Source: Gammaproteobacteria bacterium (lineage in GTDB: Bacteria > Pseudomonadota > Gammaproteobacteria > JAJFKO01). Taken from it: a stretch of 64,000 nucleotides of DNA. The stretch lies in the NCBI GenBank assembly GCA_021773175.1, contig JAJFKO010000059.1, positions 845 to 64,844 of the forward strand. The letters run 5' to 3'. This document shows, in pieces, positions 27,945-37,500 of the stretch (position 1 is its first letter; each line of letters opens with the position of its first letter). Both the position numbers and the translations under genes were made by a program. The notes under the pieces were generated by a model. The model worked only from the letters and a program-made list of their open reading frames with translations. It had not been told where the DNA came from and did no database searches.

Positions 27945-29957
27945 TTAATCATCATGTAGAAAACATTTTACTTTATGCGTATCGGTAATATTTGTTGTGT
28001 GAGGGTACGCTTGTCGACACTTCGCCATAACATGTGGGCAACGCGCCGCAAAATGACAACCTTGCGGCGGATTAAAGGGTGATGGCGGCTCACCTGTTAA
28101 TTTCATAAATTGCTGAGCTGTCTCTTGCTCAACATCTGGCACCGCAGCTAATAATGATTGGGTATAGGGATGTTTCGCTTGCGTCAAAATTTCTGTAACA
28201 CTACCCTCTTCGACAATACGCCCTAAATACATCACCGCAACGCGTTGTGCTAAATAACCAACCACAGCTAAATTATGCGTAATAAATAAATATGACAATC
28301 CCAGCTTGCGCTGTAACTCTTGGAGTAAATTTAATATTTGTGCTTGTACCGAAACATCCAAAGCACTAGTGGGCTCATCACAAATAATCAATTTAGGTTC
28401 AACGGCTAATGCTCGCGCAATACAAATACGTTGGCGTTGTCCACCTGAAAATTCATGAGGATAACGATCTAAAATATCAGTTGGCATGCCTACAGCAGAT
28501 AATAACTCTTCGATCCGAGGTATTAGCTCATTGCGTTTATGCTTAATACGATGGATACGCATGCCTTCTGCAATAATATCGGCAATCATCATACGTGGAT
28601 TCATTGAAGAAAAAGGATCTTGAAAAATAAATTGCATTTGTTGGCGTAACTCATGGCCTTGTCTTCTTGAGTTGTGTTGATAATCCTGGCCATTAAAATA
28701 AAGCTCGCCAGCAGTAGGCTTAATCAAATTTAAAATACCCTTACCAACGGTGGTTTTACCACAACCTGATTCCCCCACCAAAGCCAATGTTTCCCCTTCT
28801 TTAATCGTAAGACTAACACCATCAACCGCTTTAATATTACCAACAACACGCTGTAATAAACCTTTGCGTACAGGAAAATGCACTTTTAGACCTTTTACTT
28901 CAAGCACAGACTTGCTTATATCCTCAGTCGCTTTTAATTGACTTGATTTTGCTGTAATGGTTTCTTCGGCTTGAAAATAGTGAGCGTAACTTTTAGTAAA
29001 TCGATGACACAAAACACCATGCTTTGTTTGTGAAGTATGCCAACGTGGTGTTTGTTTATAACATATTTCTTTTGTGTATTGGCAACGACCAGCAAAACGA
29101 CAACCTGTCGCATCGGCCTGTAAAGTCGGCACGATACCAGGAATAGTAATGAGTTGTTCTTCGCGTCGATTCAAACTCGGCAATGCTTGTAATAAACGTT
29201 GACTATAAGGATGTAGCGGTTCTTTAAAAAAATCTTTTGTCGTCGCAGATTCAACAATATTACCTGCATACATTACAATTAAACGATCGGACATTGCCTT
29301 AACAACAGCAAGATCATGCGTTATTAATAAAATCGCCATACCTGTTTTGGTTTGAATTTCTTGTAATAGAGCAAGAATTTGTGCTTGAATGGTTACATCA
29401 AGAGCGGTTGTTGGCTCATCCGCAACGAGAATATCAGGCTCACCAGCTAAAGCCATGGCAATTACAATTCGTTGTTTCATACCACCAGACAATTGATGAG
29501 GGTATTCTTTATAACGCCGTTCTGCTTCTGGAATACCAACTAAGCTTAATAACTCTAGCGCGCGCTCACGTACTTTTTTTGCAGATAAAGAAAAATGTGT
29601 TCGAATCGCCTCGGCGATTTGATCACCAATGGTTAATACAGGATTAAGAGAAGTCATGGGTTCTTGGAATATTTGGCTGATACGCCGACCACGAAATTGT
29701 CGCATAGCCACTTCAGGCAATGCTAATAAATTTTGTTGATCAATAATAATCTCACTGCCATCAACAATTCGCACAGCAGGAGGCAATAACTGCATTAACG
29801 CCATTGCTGTCATGCTTTTACCACAGCCAGATTCGCCGAGTAACGCTAGAGTTTCACCTCGTTTTAAGGTAAAACCAATTTGATTAATAACAATCGCCGT
29901 ATGGTTTTGCTGCTGTATGCCAAGAGTTAAATTATTAACTTCTAATACTGCTGTCAC
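27945..29957 (-). CDS. ABC transporter ATP-binding protein with two tandem NBDs (YejF/GsiA/DppDF-like); no partner permease or SBP nearby
   Basis: 670 aa. Two sets of Walker A (GESGCGKS / GESGCGKT), signature (LSGGMKQR / FSGGQRQR) and Walker B. Cys-rich oligopeptide-ABC C-terminal extensions (CRFAGRC…C; CHFAARCPHVMAKC). Confidence 0.85.
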   Translation of the reverse strand: MTAVLEVNNLTLGIQQQNHTAIVINQIGFTLKRGETLALLGESGCGKSMTAMALMQLLPPAVRIVDGSEIIIDQQNLLALPEVAMRQFRGRRISQIFQEPMTSLNPVLTIGDQIAEAIRTHFSLSAKKVRERALELLSLVGIPEAERRYKEYPHQLSGGMKQRIVIAMALAGEPDILVADEPTTALDVTIQAQILALLQEIQTKTGMAILLITHDLAVVKAMSDRLIVMYAGNIVESATTKDFFKEPLHPYSQRLLQALPSLNRREEQLITIPGIVPTLQADATGCRFAGRCQYTKEICYKQTPRWHTSQTKHGVLCHRFTKSYAHYFQAEETITAKSSQLKATEDISKSVLEVKGLKVHFPVRKGLLQRVVGNIKAVDGVSLTIKEGETLALVGESGCGKTTVGKGILNLIKPTAGELYFNGQDYQHNSRRQGHELRQQMQFIFQDPFSSMNPRMMIADIIAEGMRIHRIKHKRNELIPRIEELLSAVGMPTDILDRYPHEFSGGQRQRICIARALAVEPKLIICDEPTSALDVSVQAQILNLLQELQRKLGLSYLFITHNLAVVGYLAQRVAVMYLGRIVEEGSVTEILTQAKHPYTQSLLAAVPDVEQETAQQFMKLTGEPPSPFNPPQGCHFAARCPHVMAKCRQAYPHTTNITDTHKVKCFLHDD

Positions 29958-29998
29958 AATCTTCTTCCCTGATGCTTTATAAAGCGGCTATTTATTAT

Positions 29999-30123
29999 CA
30001 GGACTCACGCTAAACCCCAATCTCTTTGTTAATTATCTTGTCAAAAAATCTCATGTATTACGTATACTATCAATTATTTTGAAAACATAATTGCCTCGAC
30101 CTTGGCATTTAGCGTGAGTCCTG
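29999..30123. repeat. 125-bp MITE-like element, copy B
   Basis: TIRs CAGGACTCACGCTAAACC / CATTTAGCGTGAGTCCTG. Its right end overlaps the last codons and stop of the aldo-keto reductase gene (stop at 30109). Confidence 0.6.
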
Positions 30124-31062
30124 ATTGTTAAGTATCGAGTTAATGGTATTCATAACATTATTATCTAACTTCTCAACGACATTGAGAGCTTGAATATTAT
30201 CTTCTAATTGTGAAATTTTTGATGCACCTAAAATCACTGTGCTCACATGTGGGTTTTTCAAACACCAGGCTAATGCCAGTTGAGCCATACTACAATCAAG
30301 TTTCTCAGCAACGGATGTTAATTCATTTGTAATAGCAATACGTCTATCAAGATCTTCTGGTTTGAATTGCTCGAACAATGCCATGCGGCTGTCAGCAGGA
30401 ATACCATCTTTATATTTTCCGGTTAAAACACCAGAAGCTAAAGGACTCCAGATTGTTGTGCCTAAGCCATATTTTTCATACAGAGGTAAATATTCTTGTT
30501 CGACACGCTGACGATGAAACATATTATATTGCGGCTGCTCCATGGTTGGCGGGATGCAATTATATTTTTCGGCAAGCTGGTAAGCTTCTTCTAATTGCGC
30601 GGCACTCCATTCTGATGTTCCCCAATAAAATGTATAACCATGGCGTACAAGATAATCCATTGCTCGCACAGTTTCTAAAATAGGTGTATTTTCATCGGGT
30701 CGATGACAATATAATAAATCAACATATTCTAAATTTAAACGCTCTAATGAATTATACGTACCTTCAAGTAAGTGTTTACGTGATAATCCAGTATCATTGG
30801 GCCCATCACCACCCCAAAATAACTTCGTTGCTATGACTAAATCTTCACGACGGTAATCTTGAATAGCTTCACCTAATAAAGTTTCTGCGGCACCTTGAGA
30901 ATAAACTTCAGCAGTATCAAAAAAATTAATACCCTGCTCAAGGGCATAAGCAATACATTTCTTGGCATTATCTAAATCGAGTTGAGTGGAGAAAGTCAGC
31001 CATGAACCAAATGATAACGCGCTAACCCTAAGACCAGAATTACCAAGCCTGTTATATAACAT
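30109..31062 (-). CDS. aldo-keto reductase (Tas/YajO/Kv-beta-like)
   Basis: 317 aa. LRVSALSFGSWLTF N-terminus. AKR catalytic tetrad context (D…Y…K…H) and NADP-binding C-terminal region. Confidence 0.8.
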   Translation of the reverse strand: MLYNRLGNSGLRVSALSFGSWLTFSTQLDLDNAKKCIAYALEQGINFFDTAEVYSQGAAETLLGEAIQDYRREDLVIATKLFWGGDGPNDTGLSRKHLLEGTYNSLERLNLEYVDLLYCHRPDENTPILETVRAMDYLVRHGYTFYWGTSEWSAAQLEEAYQLAEKYNCIPPTMEQPQYNMFHRQRVEQEYLPLYEKYGLGTTIWSPLASGVLTGKYKDGIPADSRMALFEQFKPEDLDRRIAITNELTSVAEKLDCSMAQLALAWCLKNPHVSTVILGASKISQLEDNIQALNVVEKLDNNVMNTINSILNNQDSR

Positions 31063-31090
31063 AATCTCTCTCCTTGTTTGATTACTCTTT

Positions 31091-32500
31091 CTATTTCTTT
31101 TTCTTTTTGTGAAACTTAATCATCTCTTTACGACGTCGTTCTTGTCCAAGTGTTAATTTATTTTTCTTGTCAGCAAAAGGATTGACCGTACTCTTAAAAT
31201 TAATCCGCATTGGTGTACCTTCAATCTTTAACGCCTTAATGAAATAATTCATTAGATAACGCTTATACGCCGTTGGAATCATTTCTGCTTGTGTACCGTG
31301 AATAATTATCGTTGGTGGTTGCTTGGCTCCAGCATGCGCATAACGTAGTTTAATACGACGGCCATGAGACAATGGCGGTTGGTATTTTTCAACAGCATCT
31401 TCAAGCATTCTTGTTAATTTCGGTGTAGACAACGATTGTGATGCGCAAGCATACGCTTTATTGATGGACCGAAATAAGTCGCCAACACCACTACCATGTA
31501 ACGCTGAAATAAAATGTTTTTTCGCAAACTGCGTAAAGCTCAAACGCCGATCAATTTCTTTACGAATAAACTCGCGTTGTTCTTGAGCTAGCTTATCCCA
31601 TTTGTTCACCGCAATAACGAGAGCCTTGCCGGCATCAATAATATAACTTAATAACGTCAAATCCTGGGTTGCCAGCTCTTGTTGACCATCAACTAACATA
31701 ACAACAACATCAGAATCAGAAATCGCTTGCAGAGCTTTGACAACAGAGAATTTTTCTAAAACATCATCAATCCGACTACGGCGACGCACACCAGCCGTAT
31801 CAATAATCGTATACTTATCCTCATGTCGCTCAAAAGTAATATAAATACTATCGCGTGTTGTACCGGCTTGATCAAAAACCACAACACGCTCTTCACCAAG
31901 AATACGATTAACTAAGGTAGATTTGCCAACGTTAGGTCGACCAACAATTGCAACTTTAATACCAAGCGTTTCTTTATCTCTACTAGGCTCAGAAACATCC
32001 ACTATATTTTCAGGAAAACACGCACTTATGATTTGCCCTAGCTTTTGTATACCACGACCATGAGCCGCAGCAATCGGATGAGGATTGCCTAAGCCGAGCT
32101 GAAAAAAATCAGCACTGACAATGTCTGGGTTACTGCCATCAACTTTGTTGAGGACGACGTGGAGTGGTGTATTTTGTTGACGCAGATATCGAGCCGTTAC
32201 TTCATCTTGTGCACTCAAACCAGTTTGAGCATCGACCATAAATAAAATTAAATCAGCCTCTTCAATAGCAAGCCGCGTTTGTGCGACCATGTGCGGATCA
32301 ATACCTTCTTTTTCATCAGTTAAACCACCGGTATCAATGAGAATAAATTTGCGTTTATTAAGCGTCGCCTCACCATATTGGCGATCACGCGTCACGCCCG
32401 GTGTATCAAACACCAACGCATCACGTGATTTCGTTAAACGATTAAATAAAGTGGATTTACCAACATTTGGGCGTCCAACAATAGCAACTACTGGTAACAT
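31091..32500 (-). CDS. der: ribosome-associated GTPase Der (EngA) with two tandem GTPase domains and a KH-like C-terminus
   Basis: Two G-domains, GRPNVGKST twice, and a Lys-rich tail. Confidence 0.9.
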   Translation of the reverse strand: MLPVVAIVGRPNVGKSTLFNRLTKSRDALVFDTPGVTRDRQYGEATLNKRKFILIDTGGLTDEKEGIDPHMVAQTRLAIEEADLILFMVDAQTGLSAQDEVTARYLRQQNTPLHVVLNKVDGSNPDIVSADFFQLGLGNPHPIAAAHGRGIQKLGQIISACFPENIVDVSEPSRDKETLGIKVAIVGRPNVGKSTLVNRILGEERVVVFDQAGTTRDSIYITFERHEDKYTIIDTAGVRRRSRIDDVLEKFSVVKALQAISDSDVVVMLVDGQQELATQDLTLLSYIIDAGKALVIAVNKWDKLAQEQREFIRKEIDRRLSFTQFAKKHFISALHGSGVGDLFRSINKAYACASQSLSTPKLTRMLEDAVEKYQPPLSHGRRIKLRYAHAGAKQPPTIIIHGTQAEMIPTAYKRYLMNYFIKALKIEGTPMRINFKSTVNPFADKKNKLTLGQERRRKEMIKFHKKKKK

Positions 32501-33657
32501 TAGCCGTGAACTCGATAAGCATTTAAATACCCGTTTTGTGTCGCGATGTAATCAAGCTTGCCTGCGACTAACGGTCTATCGACAATAGTAGAACCAATAT
32601 TGACGCGTGCTAAGAAACGGCCATCATCCGGCGATAACCAGTGCATATAACCTTCTCTATCCGCAACAACTAAAGCACCATGCATTAACACAGGGCCAGT
32701 TACATGACGATATTTCAATTGATTCATTTTCCAAGAAATACTGCCAGTATAACGATTGAAAGCCCAAATTACGCCATTAGCAGAGGTCACAAATAAATTA
32801 TTGTTATTAAGCGCCATGCCGCTATATGAAGATAACTTATGATGCCAAACAATTTTGCCCGACATTAATTTTAATGCAGCTAATTGGCCTTGGTAAGTAA
32901 CGACATAAATCATGTTATTACGCACAACCGGTGTAGCGTCAATATCAACTAAGCGTTGTACAGAATAGCTTCCTTGTGGCATGGCAATCCGTTGATTCCA
33001 AACCCTCGTACCATTGTTATTGTTCAGTAAAGCTAATGTACCGTCAGCGAAACCAACAAGCACATGGTTACCCACAATTACCGGACTACTTGATAGACGC
33101 AGAGTCAACATCGGTGCAGGATGCTTATAACCCCACAATAATTTTTTCGTTTTGCGATTAACCGAGAAGACTGTACCACCAAGTGCTTTACCAACAATCA
33201 AATCTTGATTTATAGCCGGAGCCGCAATCATCGTATTTGGAATGCTTAAATGCCATAATACTTTACCGCTTTTTTGATTCATCACATACATCGTACTATT
33301 ACCAGCTCCGACAACCACAATGCCATCTTTTGCTGCAGGTGAACTAGTAATGGATGTGCCTATATTCTTTGACCAGAGTTGTTTTCCGGTTTTCAAATTA
33401 TAAGCATTAACCACGCCATCGGCATTCGCAGCAATAATTTCAGAACCAACAATGGCTGGTCGCAATGCTAAACCTGTATCATTACTACCAACGCCGGCAT
33501 TTACTGACCACGCTTGGGCGACCTGAATGCTAGGCTTAAAAGAATGTAGAGCTGTTGATTTAGTAAAAGGCTCAGATTGCGAAAATGGATTATAAGTACA
33601 AGCCGATAATAAACTAACTAATAAACCAATAAAGACAAATAAACGTAGATTCTTCAT
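32500..33657 (-). CDS. bamB: outer membrane protein assembly factor BamB
   Basis: Lipobox LLSAC. Repeated PQQ-like beta-propeller blades (…G.V.A.dA.TG..LW…). Confidence 0.85.
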   Translation of the reverse strand: MKNLRLFVFIGLLVSLLSACTYNPFSQSEPFTKSTALHSFKPSIQVAQAWSVNAGVGSNDTGLALRPAIVGSEIIAANADGVVNAYNLKTGKQLWSKNIGTSITSSPAAKDGIVVVGAGNSTMYVMNQKSGKVLWHLSIPNTMIAAPAINQDLIVGKALGGTVFSVNRKTKKLLWGYKHPAPMLTLRLSSSPVIVGNHVLVGFADGTLALLNNNNGTRVWNQRIAMPQGSYSVQRLVDIDATPVVRNNMIYVVTYQGQLAALKLMSGKIVWHHKLSSYSGMALNNNNLFVTSANGVIWAFNRYTGSISWKMNQLKYRHVTGPVLMHGALVVADREGYMHWLSPDDGRFLARVNIGSTIVDRPLVAGKLDYIATQNGYLNAYRVHG

Positions 33658-34349
33658 GCATGGGTTCTCGTATTTAGGACATTATTAACAGATACCGGTG
33701 CTAATTGGTGAAACTTCATTTCTAAAATTGGCCTATTAGCCGCATCTTTGGGTGCTTCTTGCAATGCAAGTTGATAAGCATCGCGAGCTTGTGACGTTTC
33801 ATTGAGAGCAACATAAGCATCACCACGAATTTCATCAATAGCCGCTTTATAAGCTCTATCACTAACTTTATTTAATAATTGCAACGCTTGTTTAGGTTGC
33901 TTTTCAGCAATCAGAATACGTGCTGCGCGATTACGAGCAACTTGCTTGAGAGCGGGCACTTCTGAATTCTTTATTACCCATTGCAATGATTTTACCGCAA
34001 CTTGATAGTGTTGCTGTTCAACTGCTTGTTTAGCCATAAACAAACCGGCTAGTGCGGCATAAGGTGAGCTGCTATGGTCTTTTTGTAATTTGCGCGCAGC
34101 CTGTTGTGCCTGCTGGCTGTGACCTGTACTATATTGTGTCAGCATCATTTCGTAATATTGCGATGCTTGCAAAGCATGTACAACCTGCATTTTTTTCCAG
34201 TAGCGCCAGCCCATACCGCCACCTAAACCAACAACAACAGCTAGAATTATCACCAGTCCATATTGCTTAATCCATTTCTTAATGCGTTCGACCTGTTCGT
34301 CTTCTGTATCAAATGTGCTCACCTGAAGCTCCTTCTGACCTAATCCCAT
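33654..34349 (-). CDS. yfgM: YfgM-family membrane-anchored TPR-like protein
   Basis: N-terminus …EQVERIKKWIKQYGLVIILAVVVGLGGGMGWRYW matches the YfgM anchor. Conserved position upstream of bamB-der. Confidence 0.7.
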   Translation of the reverse strand: MGLGQKELQVSTFDTEDEQVERIKKWIKQYGLVIILAVVVGLGGGMGWRYWKKMQVVHALQASQYYEMMLTQYSTGHSQQAQQAARKLQKDHSSSPYAALAGLFMAKQAVEQQHYQVAVKSLQWVIKNSEVPALKQVARNRAARILIAEKQPKQALQLLNKVSDRAYKAAIDEIRGDAYVALNETSQARDAYQLALQEAPKDAANRPILEMKFHQLAPVSVNNVLNTRTHA

Positions 34350-34513
34350 AAAAAATAACGGAATGACGGGATATCTGCTAAATTTTTTCGCATTATACCG
34401 ATTTTTAGTGATATTTCCATTAATATTGTATTCATTTGATCTAGCTTTTATTTCTATGGAAGGCTATCCAGCTCTTGCAAAAAATTATCAAATCGGATAC
34501 CTAAGATAAAAAT

Positions 34514-37500
34514 TTAGAGCTTATTGATTATATCTGTAATTTCTTTTAATGCTTGGCCATGAAGGATAGTGTCATGTGTTGCGGATATTGTTTTTATTTC
34601 TAAGTGGTCAATCAATGATTTCCATCCATAATCATCATCAACTTTAAGTCTTTTAATAGGTTTTATGCTTGCTTCTTGTTTTGTTTCCTTCGAGGCTTTA
34701 ATTAATATTGTATCTCCATTATATTTTTCAGGCTTATAGTTCTGCAATAGATCTTTTGCTAATTTCCAATTATTCTTTATATGCTCTTTATATGTCTTAG
34801 GTAATAAATGCCATAGTGTGTTTATCTGTTGGATATGCTTTTCACTATATTGGTATATATCTAAACTATAATCTGTTGTTAAACAACTATCGACTAAAAG
34901 CAACTTCTTAACTGGTTGGTTTTCTTTTCGTAATTGTTGTGCCATTTCAAAAGCAATGACGCCTCCAAATCCCCAGCCTCCTAAACAATAGCTCTCAACA
35001 TGATTTGTATTTCTAATACAGCTTAAATAACGATTTGCAAGAGCTTTAATAGTTTTAATACATTGTGACGATTGAAATACAAAATCAGAATCAATGCCAT
35101 AAAAAGGAATATCTTCATTTATCGTCTTTGCTAGCTCAGCATAGACCTCTGCTCCAGAAGATATGGGGTGCACAAAATATATAGGAATTTTGCCACCAAA
35201 ATCATTATATTTTATTATAGGTTGGAACTTTGTGTTAATCTCGGCAGCACTAAATGCATGTATTTGAGAATTAATCGTAGCATGCTCAAATAACCATGCT
35301 AAATCATACTCTCTATTAAACATTTTGTTGATACACTCTAAGATTCGTATCGATAGTATTCTATTGGCACCCACCATATAGAAAGGATCTTTTGTACTAA
35401 AGTTTGAGTGGCCAAGGATTTCATACCATATCTTCGACAACTTATATTTTAAAGCAAACTCTTTATCCTTTGTTGCTGACAATGCCACTTTACTCGAAAA
35501 AGATAATTGTTGTTTTGCGGAAGAAGAAAGCAATATTTTTTGTTTATTTTGAAAGTGTTTTTTCAACTGAGAAAAGAGCGGCATTTCTATAATAGGTTTG
35601 TCTGAATAGCCGGCAAACAAACTAGACATTAAATCTTTAAGCGCCTTAAACACTGTTTTTATAGTGCCATCATTATATAAGCTATTATTATAAACCAACT
35701 GCATCGACAAACCTTCTCGATGCTCTACAAATCTAAAAACCAATTCTAGTTTAGTGATTAAATGATCGTCTTTAATTGGAGATAAAACAAAACCAGGCAT
35801 ATCGATTTCCGACTCAGTTGCAGCAAGAGTATAGTCGATAGCAACTTTATACAAAGGCAACGCACTCACACCACTGGACATTTTCAATCTCTCAAGCAAA
35901 ACTTCAAAAGGCACATCTTGATTGGCATAAGCTTCTAAACAAGTTTCTTTTACTTGACTCAATAAGTCAGAGAAAAGTAAATCTTTATTAAATTGAGCCC
36001 TAAAAGGTAAGCTATTTGCAAAAAAACCTACAATATTTCCTGTGTCAGGATAATGCCTATTTGCAACATTAGAGCCAACAACAACATCATCACTACCACT
36101 ACAAGCATATAATAATGACATTACACAGGAGAGAAAAAACATAAACGGTGTCACATTATGATTACTAACTATCTCATGTATTTTATTTTTTTCTTTGTTA
36201 TTTAACATAATTGAAAATTGACTTGCCAGAAAATTATCTTGCTTAACCTCTTTATGGTCACAAGGCACCGTAACTATATTGAAATTTTTTAATTTTTTCT
36301 GCCAATAATCAATTTGTGAATTAAAAACATTCTCAGATAGAAGTCTACGTTGCCAAAAGACAAAATCTTTATAGTGGTATTTTTGAGGGCTAAGTTCAGG
36401 CTCTTGGTTTATTATATATGCTGAATAGATCGCCTTTAATTCATTTAATATAATCTTAACAGACCAACCATCTGTGATCAGGTGATGTTGAGATATTACT
36501 AAAACATGTTTTTTGGCACTGAGGTTATAGAGTTTTAATCTAATTAATGGGCCATTTATCAAATCAAAAGGCGCATAAAAATCTTTTTTCAAGTGTTCCG
36601 GCAACTGTGCTTTTTTAACTGCAATCACATCTAATTTGAAACATTGATTTGTTACGACTTTCTGTCGAACTTGACCACCCCTTTCTATAAATACGGTATT
36701 AAAAGACTCATGCCTTGATAATATTTTGTCTAATGATTTTTCTAGTACAGCAATATTTACCTCACCATCTAGATTATAGGCATGAGGCATGTTGTAAGCT
36801 GAAAAATTCTTACCATAATACTGACTTAAAAACCAGATGCGTTCCTGAGATGTTGATAAAGAATATTCATTTTTTCTATCCTTGATAACACACATCTTAA
36901 ACTTATAACCACTTACATCAAAGAGATTGTTTCTAATATAACTTGCCATTTCATCAACTGAAGAATACTTAAAAACCAAGTTCACGGGAAAACGAATGCT
37001 AAAATGTTCTTGTATTAAAGAACATAATGTCATGGCCAATAATGAATTTCCGCCAATACAAAAAAATCCAACGCCTTTAGCTACTTTATTAATATCCAGT
37101 ACTTTACACCAAATTGTTAATACAATTTCTTCTATTTCATCATATTGGCTCGTTTCTCCGGTACCTATTTCATCCGCATTTATTTCAATAGCACTTAGAG
37201 CTTGTCTATTAATTTTTCCATTCGCTGTTAATGGAAATTGTTCTAATATCGCAACTTTAGATGGCACCATATATTCAGGTAATCTATCATGTAAGTATCG
37301 TCGTAATTCTTTACTGGTAACAGGTTGTTGCGTATTAGCTAAGACGATATACGCAATGAGTTGATTTTGGTTTTTATTCGAGGTAAGCACTTCGGCATTC
37401 TTAACTGCATCATGTTGACTAAGAGTAACTTTAATTTCATTTAGTTCAATACGGTAACCACGAACTTTCACTTGAAAGTCCACGCGTCCGATATATATAA

